Source of the DNA: Macrostomum hystrix
Lineage: Eukaryota; Animalia; Platyhelminthes
Assembly (NCBI GenBank): GCA_950097015.1
Contig: CATNEN010000038.1
Location: forward strand, 12,524,001 to 12,588,000
Length of the DNA stretch: 64,000 bases
Direction of reading: 5' to 3'
Shown: in pieces, positions 55,101-64,000 of the stretch
Layout of the letters: every line of letters starts with the position of its first letter
Position numbering within the stretch: position 1 is the first letter of the stretch
The notes under the pieces: model-generated
What the model saw: only the letters and a program-made list of their open reading frames with translations
What the model was told of the DNA's origin: nothing
Database searches by the model: none
Program-made: the position numbers and the translations under genes

Positions 55101-58100
55101 ATACAGTCGATAAAAATTGCTGATCTTCCGTGGTCGCGAAGCTCGCAAGATACCCGCCTTTGAGATAGCAGGCGCTCTTCGCTGTCTCGAAGAGAGCCGC
55201 TGTAGCGTGGAATGTATAGCACGAGCCCTTGAATGCGTAGCTGTTGCTTTCGTTGCAATTGGCTGAAGAATTATCTGTGGGAATGCAAGGTTTAAAGCGG
55301 CTTTCAAGGACTCGATCTATCTACAATTTACGAGTCGACCTATCGGATAGATTTGAGGGCATGAGTTCTAGCCTTGTTTTAGCTTAGATCATTGGACTCA
55401 TGACTTGAAGGTCGGGGGTTCGATTCCTGACACCAAATGAAAACAATTTGTGTCTTTTAGCGAGACATTTAACTTTACTTTGCGTCAGTTCACCCAGCTG
55501 TTAAATTGGTACCAACATGAGCTTCGGGAATTGAGGGTGAGTGCGGCGTAACACTGAACAGCCAGTGGTGCCATTTTGCTGTCGGCTGCACATCTACCGC
55601 AGCTCGTTTTAAAATTTTTTATCACCTTGTTAGATCAAGCTAAACTCACCTGCTAAATAACAGTACTTGGATTCGCCGTCAATCAAGTAATATCCAGACT
55701 GATAGAATCCCTTTTGGAAGATTTCCATGCACGAGTTAGCAGAAATGTCATGTATCTGAGGGTCTGAAATGTTTCGAGGCTAGTTATAGCTGAGTAAAAA
55801 ATGAATCAAAGCTAGAATTGAAGCATTATTTAACTCTAGCAGGTAGCTCACCGATTCGATAGACTGACACGACATCGGTGCCTGCAGATTTAACGCTGCC
55901 GCCGCAGGTTTGGTATCGATTTCCGCTGCAAGCCAGCGGGCACTCCCTGCTTGGTTGTGGCTCAAATAGAGTTCTGTTGTTCAGCTCGGAGTCGTCAAAG
56001 CAGTAGCACCGATTTGGGCTCAGGGCCGCCAACTGTTTCACCTTGGCGTTGCAATTGGCGAAGCACTGACGCAGGTGTAGTTTGGTGTCCAGCACTGGCT
56101 GGGGCATGCCGGGCAGTCGGGACCAGTGCAGCAAGTAGCAGCCGTGAAGTACTGAAATTCAATCGATTTGGAGCTCTACAGGTATAAAACAAGACAGGAA
56201 AAAAGAGCTAGGAAGGAATTAGATGAAGCACAATTATTTTACCCTGCTCTAAGGGCTTCTCGCAAATCGCTCCAGCTAGCCTCTGGTTGCACTCCTGAAG
56301 GCGGTAGCTATCGTGCGACATTTTGACAATTTTGCGCCGAACAGTTGATACTGCTTGAGCATAAGCGTCGCAATCTGCTCGAACGTTTGGATTCAGTTTT
56401 TGAAAGTCGAAATCATTCAAATTGGTCAGCATCTCAAAACAGTTTCTTTCACTGTCGAATGACTGAATCATCAGATCCGATACTGTTAGGTTGCATATAA
56501 TGGAGAAATAACTTCTTGCGGGCACCCCGCTTGCCGTGTCCAACTGGCTGGTGGAAGTTCTATCGGCGATGCCCAACCAGAAGCCATCACTTTCCGGTGT
56601 GACGCCGTATTTTCCCTTGTAGCGATTGAAGGCATGCAAACTTTTATAGGCGGTGGCTAGAGCATTGAGATCCGCAAGGCTCTGTGGAACTCCCAGAGTA
56701 GCATTGAAGTGGTTGCAGAACAGCCGAGCTTCATCATAGGTAGTGGCCATGTCCGTTAGTTGGTAACACATTTTTCCAACCTTCAGCCAGCCTAGATCAC
56801 AGCTACCATTGGCGGACAGCCAGTGGGGCTCAGATTGACCAATAGAATCTGGACAGGGCTCCAAGTCAATGTAATCACCCATATTCTCACCCATATTCAT
56901 GTTTCTCTTTCTCGCTGCAATGCTAGTTGTATTCAGCTTTAGAATGTTGGCCTCAGCACAGCTGGAAGTCGCACTCCATAGTCCCGAGTCACTATGCAAA
57001 TATGTCTTGGACCACAGAGCCATGCTTGACACATTGGTGTCTCCGATGAATGTGAACAGTGGTTTCGGATTGGTGAAAGTTGCATGAAGCACGGGGGCAT
57101 TTGTAACGCACTTCCATGTAGTGTCCAGAAGAGCGAAATAGGCTAGATTTGTATCGCGCCAACTACCGGAGCACTCGTCCTTGCCAGATGTTTTGGTGGA
57201 GATTTTAAACACTGCATCGTCCCAGAAATACCTGCAATTGAATCGTATACAACTATTGTACATGTAAACATTGTAAAAATTCTACATGGCGCTGTGGGTA
57301 TTGACACGCCAATTGGTGGTAGCCTATACGAAGGCATTGCAATGCACTTTTGTTGACATTAAGACGCACGTAGGACGCGCGGTTATGTCCTTTTGCGTAT
57401 TAATGTCGCTCTAGTTCATAGACCACATTCAAGGAACATTTTTGTCTATGGTAGGAAGTTTGGGCTTCGCCCCACACCCCTTCTCACTCTGCCCCTCGCA
57501 ATGATTAGGCCATAGAATAATGCGTTTTGTTTGTTGTTGTTCATAGATTTTCAAAGCCTTTTGAAGACGTCACATTATCACAAATTTCTACCAAGCTAAT
57601 GCTGTTATTAATTTTACATAATAATGAAGCAATTTCCTGCGCAGGAACAAACAAACAAACATGATATTTAAACTAACCTATTCGGCAGCATCTGGTCAAG
57701 TTTGCTTGTGTCGAATGTGCCATTTGAAGTTGTTATCAAAGTGTTATGCTGGAATCGAAAATAGTTTCTGTTCTTTCCAGAAGCGTTGAATAACAGCCAG
57801 TCCACTATCTCGGTGGGTTTATAGAATGTCATGTTAATCTGGTCAGTGATCAGCTGACTGTTGAGACCAAGCCAAACTCGATTCACATAGTTAACACTGA
57901 CGTCACTGCGCGTGTGAAGGTTTGGTTTATTTGGCAGATATAATGGTTGCCATGGCAACACGATGAGAGGGCTCCTGCTGCCATACAGTCGATTGTCACC
58001 GAGGTCATTGGCTGAACCGAATTGGTTGCTAATCTCTTTCGTCTCGCTATTTCTTTGATAAGTGGTGTCACTGTACAGAAATTGGTTTATCGAACCCACA

Positions 58101-61100
58101 TCGTCATCGCCTGGAAAAACTGGCATGTTGTTTTCGACCCGAGCTGCCAAGTGCCAGGATTTTACTGCAGGACAAGAGAAACTGATTGATAGTTTATCTT
58201 GCTTCTTTGAAGGCTCACTTTTTCTCGGAAATGCCGACATGGCGCTGGAAGAAACGGTCTACCCCACTCTGCCTCATCCTCTCACCTCTGCCTCATCCTC
58301 TCACCTCTGCCTCACCCTCTCGGCTCTGCCTCACCCTCTCACCTCTGCCTCACCCTCTCAGCTCTGCCTCACCCTCTCAGCTCTACCACACCCTCTCACC
58401 TCTGCCTCACCCTCTCAGCTCTACCACACCCTCTCACCTCTGCCTCACCCTATCAGCTCTGCCTCCCCCTCTCAGCTCTGCCTCACCCTCTCACCTCTGC
58501 CTCACCCTTTCAACTCTGCCTCACCCTTTCAACTCTGCCTCACCCTTTCAACTCTGCCTCACCCTTTCAACTCTGCCTCACCCTTTCAACTCTGCCTCAC
58601 CCTTTCAACTCTGCCTCACCCTTTCAACTCTGCCTCACCCTCTCAGCTCTGCTTCACCCTCTCAGCTCTGCCTCACCCTCTCAGCTCTGCCTCACCCTAT
58701 CAGCTCTGCCTCACCATCTCAGCTCTGGCTCACCCTCTCACCTCTACCACACTCTCTCACCTCTGCGTCACCCTATCAGCTCTGCCTCACCCTTTCAACT
58801 CTGCCTCACCCTCTCAGCTCTGCCTCACCCTCTCAGCTCTGCCTCACCCTCTCATCTCTGCCTCACCCTCTCAGCTCTGCCTCACCCTCTCACCTCTGCC
58901 TCATCCTATCAGCTCTGCCTCACCCTCTCAGCTCTGCCTCACCCTCTCACCTCTGCCTCATCCTCTCAGCTCTGCCTCACCCTCTCACCTCTGCCTTGCT
59001 CTACCTTGAAATGCCTTTCTCTACCTTGAAATTACCTACACGCAGTGCAATATTGTGAACTGTCAGACTGATCTCATTAATCGCCTCACTTGTCATAATG
59101 TATGCGTAGGAGAAGTCGCTGCTGCTGCCACCGGCGCAATACTGAAATGACCCTTCGCCGCAGGGTCGCATACAGTAAGTTTGGATTTCCGATGCGTCAT
59201 TGACCAGCTGAAAGTTTTCCAGCATTTTATCGTCGCTCAAACAGGTGCAAGAGACACCTTCGACTATGGCGGAATCGGCCAGACGGTGCGTGCAGCTACG
59301 GAGGCACTCCTGCAGGGTGCCGCTGCGAATGCTGAACGAGTTGTTCTCCAGTTTGAACTGTTCCGCCAGTTCGCTTCTGTACTTGTGACAGCCATTGTGA
59401 TGGCTCCCTGACACAAAGCACAGATCGGATAATAAGACAAGTAGAAAAAGTGCAATAAAGGGCTAAGTGAACTTACTTTTAACACAGAAAAATTTCCTTT
59501 CCGTTGCATTAAGGCAGTTCATACGATTGTAGATGTAGGGCACAGTGATTGCATCCCCGTAGATATTTGACGTTATCTTCGTCTCTAGTCCTAGATAAAA
59601 GCACCTCTGGCTCAACAGATCATCAGCTGTCATGTTAGAGTAGAAGTTCTCATAATTGCTGCCAGAGCTAGAGCTCACTATAGACATGATGCTGCCATCC
59701 AGCAGCTGCGGTAGCAAGTCTATCCAGCTGTGCAATCCGATGTGCATCGCCGGATTGTCTCCGAAGTAGAAGGATGCGTCTGCGGCAGGATTTTTCCAAT
59801 AAACTTTGAGAGCGTTGACTAAATATCATATTCCAGATAGATATCATACCTAACCCTGTTGTACTAGATATACAGAGCTCTGTTCAGTCCATGGACTTGG
59901 GTGTGCCAAATCTATTCAAACTTTTTCAAACCTATCTAAAATAGTTGCATCTGGTACTTATTTCTGAGAAAGATGAGCTGAAGCTTGCAATTAGCAAATT
60001 AAGAGTTTTGTTCAAACTCAAGCGCTTAAGAACTCTCGGCTTAACAATCGCACTTCTTAGGCTAAAAACTTAAAGTAAGATGAAAGTTTTAATGAAATAA
60101 ATGAAGATATTTTATTTAAACATCTAAACTCTTAAACAGGGAATGAGGGGCATTGGGTAACGCGTGTGCATCTCGTATCAAGGACATTGAGCTCGATTCC
60201 TAGGTGAGGCCACATTCCTTATTTGGGGCGCTGCCGCGAAGTGAAGGCTTGTGTCTAAGTGTGTGTGTCTGTGTCCGGTGTGCTAAGGAGTCACCGACAG
60301 AATCGTTGGCTGCGAGTCTACAACCATCAAATAGTGTGCCAGTGCCCACAGCTCTTACTGAGTTCTACTCACACTTAAAGAAGTGCGCTTCCATAACTGA
60401 TAAGTCCGCTCCGTCCGCGGCTGGCGACCAGAGAACAGAATTTTGCCTGGCGCAGAATCTGACGGAGTCCGCCCAGGAAAGCTTGTCGCCAGAGCGCAGG
60501 TAGGGCGCATAGCACGAGCCGCGGAAGCCAAACCAGCCAGCGCTGCATGGCGTTCCATCTGTCAAAAATAATGATTAATGGTAGGTTCGAGCCACGAGCA
60601 CATGTACAACATGTACAAATGTACCTATCTGCTAAATCTAGATAGAGAAGCCTATCTAGATGTCTAGAAATCTACGCAAGAGAGCAGAATTATTTACTTC
60701 ATTATAAGATACGACTGTGAGTAACACTACTGTGCGATATATAGACGCTATTTTGGTTATTTCACAACACATGTGAGCGCTCTGCGCGCACGTAGACACT
60801 GACAGCTCAACAATTTCTCGGTTGGAGCTTTACTAAAAGCAAAATAGACTTTGTACAATACCAGTGGAGATAGCAGTAAGGTCAACGTACCAATCATATT
60901 GCAGAAGACTCGCGTACCGCTGGTGGGAGTAGTGGACGTGTTGAACGTTCCTGACAGAAGATAATAATTGCTCTCGTACACATCCGCCCACTCATGCTGC
61001 CTCTTGCACGAGCGATAACTCTGCACCTGCGTAGCCAGTGTGAAAACATTGTAATGATCGTTCATGCCGCCGCAGGTTTCATTTGAAGCGCGGCATTCGA

Positions 61101-63973
61101 TGTTGCACATAGACTGCAGCGCGTCTCCCGCATCGTTGATGACGTCACTCAGGCAGAAACAGGTGACATTTCTCATCATGGCATACCGACTGCTGGAGTA
61201 TGTCTTGCAGAAAGAAATGCAAGCCGCAGAGCTGAGTAGCTGCATGGTTGTCTCAGAAACCAGAATTTCCGGCGGGAACGTCGACACTTTGTAGCAGCCG
61301 TCTGCATTTCACAGTTGAATAACAGAAAATGTGTATTATAACTCGCTCGAAGTGTTTCTGAATTTGTTAAATAAACCTTACCGAATGTGTCATAAACTGA
61401 GAAGTAGCCCCAAGGCCCGCTGTCTGTTGTGGCAATTCCGCCGCAGTACTCCGACGCGTTGCACAACGTCAGGCAGTGGAAGTTGCGGGCCTCCAAAAAC
61501 TGCCGGTTCAGCAGAAATGGGAGAGTCTCGTTAGAGCCTGGACGAGCCTCAACACCAGACAGGTCTAGATTGAAGCAGTAGCAGCTGCTGTAGTTGGCTA
61601 CCGTGAGCTGGTACTTCTGAGTGTAGCAGCTGCTTCGGCAACTACTGACTGACATCGGTGCTGCTAAGCTGTTCACTCTGTGGATCTTAGAGCCATTCAG
61701 TCTGTCATTGATTTCCGGCCATGTGAAGCAGCCGCGATAGTAGGATTGGTCTGCAAAAGCGAAATGAGTCTAACTAGACAGTTGAAGCTATAGTTAGAAA
61801 ACTGAATAGCTTACAGCGACACGTGTTGACATCGGTAACGCCAGTGAAGTCCCAGTTCGTTGACCAATCCATCATTTGGCGTCTGCTCGGAGTAGCATAG
61901 TTTTTATTACGCTTAGTTGAAAAATTTTAATCTCATTAAATAATAAATCGACCTTGACGCGTGCAACAATGATCGGATAGTTTTGTTGCAATTTTAATAA
62001 TTTTAAAACAATTGCTATGTCGAAAAGCGTGCATTAAACGGACAAAAATGTGCATTAAAAGCTTTTAGCCTATGATCAAGCGACCCGAAGCGCGCGAGTG
62101 CCATAGACATTTAAGCAAGAAAAACCAAGTATTGTGTTCTATATTATTGCACCATCCGAATGTCTATGTTTAAAGTTATGGGTAGTTTAAGAAAGATAGT
62201 CATAGCAAGCGGCGGCCATAGACATTCAAGGCGTGCAACAATCGGCATTTATTGGTAGACCTTATAATACCCCTCCAAATGATACTCGTACATAGATGAA
62301 ATTACGGCTGCGTATAACTCACTCATTCTTGTAGTCGTAGTATTTTACGCAGACGTTATCGATCTCTTGGTCGAAGCGCCGGCCCTTGTAGCCGCTGAGG
62401 CAGCGAAACCGCAATGAGAAATTGTTAATTACTTCAACCATTGTAGCTGAGGGCGCCGGCGAGATTAGGTTGGCCTGACTGCCTGGCGTCTCATACTTGA
62501 GCCAGCAGATGGGAGCTAAACGCAAAGCGGGTTGTCAGCATTTCGTTAAACTTATTTTTTTTAGAATATGTGGTCAAATTAAACACTTCCGTCTATCTCA
62601 CGAATTAGATTTAACGGCTGGTGAATTGGAAGGTTGGAAGGGCAGACTTCTATTTGGTATACAATTCAATTATCCCAAAACGTTGCTTCAAGCTTAATGG
62701 CTTACTGGCTTGGTTAATACTTAGCCTATGACAAAACAACTGAGCCCTTGATTCCCCGTTGCTACAGTTCACCCAGCCGTTAAAATGGGTACCAACATCA
62801 GCTATGGTAGAAATTTTGGTGACTGTGGCGGCCTTTCCAGTCCGTGGACTAACCAACTGTACGCAGCTCTTCTGTACTTTTCTCTAAATAAAGAGAAAAA
62901 TATTTACCTTGGCAGTTTGGTAGGATGACTCTAGCGCCAGAATTAAATATAATAGGAGAGCTAGCGGGTGGGCTCTTTCCACGCAATGTATATTGGACAG
63001 TCCAGTAGGCACCTGAGGTACACGTTAGGTAAGCCTGCGTCGAGCCTATGCTGCTTCTGTAGTAAAAGTCGTGAGAACCAACTAGGCAGGTAACATTAAA
63101 TTGAAAATCGGCGGTAAAATTGAAGGTGGAGTTGAGTCCGGGATTTTTTATTTCGTATCGATGAGTTGGATCGAATTCCGGAGTTTCTGGACAAATAATC
63201 ACTGAAATTAATGGAAATGATTTTCCGTTAGCAGACTTGCAACTAAATGAGTCTAAGAGGCTTTCTGCGGTCTGCAGACATGCGCTAATCATACCTTCGC
63301 ACTCGAGAACCGGCTCCGATACCAGTTTGGGCCCCAGCTTCACTGACGGCCCGTTGCCAACGCTCCAGTAGGTCGCCAGCCAGCCATTGAATCCGCAGCT
63401 AAGATTTACCTTATTAACCAGACTGCCAGTGTCCACGATGCGGTAGCCCTTGGCTCCTGAGCACTCGTAGGTGAGGTTGGCATTGAACGAATTCGGATGT
63501 TTGAGCACACCAGAAGTGGTGCTAGTCAAGTTCATTGTCACTGAATCGGACGGTCGGCTGCATAGGAAAGCTGAAAGTGTTTAGACGAGTACTGTTGTTA
63601 AATACTCGTAATTTCCAACTGAAGTGCAGATCTGTAAGAAGCCCTCCACTCAAGGGCACAATAGCAAGTGAAACTTCTAGACACTGACGAATGCATTTTG
63701 GTGGTGACATCGGCACGTTGCCAAGAAGCTCTTCTGGCTGCACTTGATTTGGCCGGGAGTCGCCCTCTGTGAAGAATGTACGCGACCAGCCTTTGCCTTC
63801 GACGCAGTCGAGGCGTAGCCAGTTCGAAGCGTTGCTGTTTTCAAAAAGTGCACCTTGTCCTGCACGGCAGGTGACGTTCACGTGACTGCCAACTGCGTTG
63901 ATTGGACTGGCTGGGTTGCTCGAGTTGTACACGTAGCTATTTAGATCGATAGTCAGACTGGCGCACACGGTGT
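25133..63973 (-). CDS. Gene A (multi-exon, 5'-partial): giant Sushi-WSC-CTLD-Sushi-array protein, roughly 5,500 aa by summing exons
   Basis: About 70 minus-strand exons: Sushi-like (63.97-61.8 kb), WSC/CTLD module (61.75-49.74 kb), 38 Sushi-like exons (49.66-25.42 kb). The 3' end is uncertain: possible short exon 25253-25204 then a terminal exon with TGA at 25135-25133. No clear transmembrane exon seen. Confidence 0.75.
26078..26405 (-). mobile_element. SINE family 1, near full length
   Basis: Reverse complement has B box GCTCGATTCC, GCAGCCGCGGAG, the core and an (ATT)n tail. Confidence 0.75.
28039..28220. repeat. About 22-bp tandem repeat (GATTATCAAGGTCAGATTAAGC) with degenerate ~21-bp derivatives
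   Basis: Four to five copies followed by about three diverged units. Confidence 0.85.
31611..31959. repeat. 11-bp tandem repeat (ACGTTTCCACT)n
   Basis: About 31 perfect copies, intronic. Confidence 0.97.
34258..34530 (-). mobile_element. SINE family 1
   Basis: Reverse complement: TGGTGGAGCGG head, GCTCGATTCC B box, CTCAGGAGTCAGCGGAAT, ATT tail. Confidence 0.72.
40827..41729 (-). pseudogene. BEL/Pao Gag N-terminal part (3'-truncated)
   Basis: Coiled-coil N-terminus, then LRRVEIPTFYGDKQQYEAWKAAF...KLLQLRQYLKGAALKVI...YEAAKERL (DUF1759-like); no Zn knuckles or pol follow. Confidence 0.8.
40860..42089 (-). mobile_element. Truncated BEL/Pao LTR retrotransposon (5' LTR 42089-41814, PBS, partial gag)
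   Basis: TGTTT...AAACA 276-bp LTR, then PBS TGGTAGCAGAGC (41811-41800; initiator tRNA-Met type), then gag ORF. Confidence 0.8.
45635..45906. mobile_element. hAT-type MITE in the Helitron 3' region
   Basis: TIR CAG(A/T)GGCAGAT..AGG, 8-bp TSD ACTGTATA (45627-45634, 45907-45914), internal ~21-bp GCCGCTGGCGCCCCTTTT repeats. Confidence 0.88.
46845..47783. repeat. 11-bp satellite (AAGAACCAATC)n with a 297-bp higher-order duplication
   Basis: About 85 monomers; the variant pattern of 47164-47460 recurs at 47461-47757. Confidence 0.95.
48526..48968 (-). mobile_element. Non-autonomous DNA transposon, CAGTAGAAAGACC-TIR family
   Basis: TTAA|CAATAGAAAGACC...GGTCGTTCTACTG|TTAA. Confidence 0.75.
51920..51963. 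mobile_element. 44-bp minimal hAT-type element
   Basis: 16-bp perfect TIR CAGGGACAACTAAAAC, 12-bp spacer, 8-bp TSD AGCTGCAG (51912-51919, 51964-51971). Confidence 0.8.
53835..54728 (+). mobile_element. Internally deleted RTE-clade LINE
   Basis: AP-endonuclease start RVATWNCRTL...IIMLQE fused to RTE C-terminus NIRNDELYRR...RTRRLQLAGHVIR...RFVD; (TTG)n tail; 10-bp TSD GCAGTAGAAA (53825-53834, 54729-54738). Confidence 0.85.
54730..54988 (+). mobile_element. Non-autonomous DNA transposon, CAGTAGAAAGACC-TIR family
   Basis: CAGTAGAAAGACCACA...TGTGGTCTTTCTGCTG; its left TIR was the target of the RTE insertion. Confidence 0.78.
55372..55565 (+). mobile_element. SINE family 2
   Basis: GGTTCGATTCC B box and TTCACCCAGCTGTTAAATTGGTACC; aligns with 18403-18660. 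Confidence 0.7.
58266..58995. repeat. 19-bp minisatellite (CTCTGCCTCACCCTCTCAG)n
   Basis: About 38 copies with block variants; pyrimidine-rich on +; intronic. Confidence 0.95.
60140..60355 (+). mobile_element. SINE family 1, degenerate
   Basis: GAGCTCGATTCC, GAGGCCACATT, GGAGTCA and TGCCAGTGCCCACAG motifs. Confidence 0.65.
62620..62830 (+). mobile_element. SINE family 2, degenerate
   Basis: TTCACCCAGCCGTTAAAATGGGTACCAACAT...CAGTCCGTGGACT. Confidence 0.6.
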
Positions 63974-64000
63974 CTGCGGGGATTTTAGATCGGGATTTGA

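Larger units (their letters stand above)
49744..61750 (-). other. WSC / C-type lectin module of gene A (about 7 WSC and 5 CTLD-like domains), paralogous to 202-18040
   Basis: Exon-by-exon homology, e.g. ORF 56208-57263 vs 10834-11850, 57668-58240 vs 12807-13295, 52317-52811 vs 8129-8548, 60757-61287 vs 15152-15637. Confidence 0.85.

Noticed and set aside
58062-59058. 315-aa and 290-aa plus-strand ORFs
   Set aside because: Translations of the stop-poor 19-bp minisatellite; intronic and antisense to the host.

Overview
Eukaryotic (metazoan) genomic DNA. The short introns and repeat style resemble a flatworm such as Macrostomum, but that is a guess. Almost the whole window is a minus-strand, many-exon locus encoding very large, Cys-rich, N-glycosylation-rich extracellular proteins. 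I read it as two tandem paralogues. Gene A runs from beyond 64000 to about 25.1-25.4 kb: a few Sushi/CCP-like domains, a WSC + C-type-lectin (CTLD) module, then 38 single-domain Sushi-like exons mostly in X-Z-Y triplets. Gene B starts at a signal-peptide exon (24034-23956), repeats the same module exon for exon, and runs off the left edge. The paralogues are well diverged except for one 280-bp WSC-coding tract that is almost identical. The introns are full of mobile DNA: an intact Ty3/Gypsy (Mag-like) LTR element with identical LTRs; a head-to-tail Helitron structure whose helicase is split by a 3'end-5'end junction, with a nested hAT that itself contains a truncated BEL/Pao element; two tRNA-derived SINE families; RTE and RTEX-like LINE remnants; several MITEs; and four large mini-satellite arrays. 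Exon boundaries were read by eye and are approximate unless stated otherwise.
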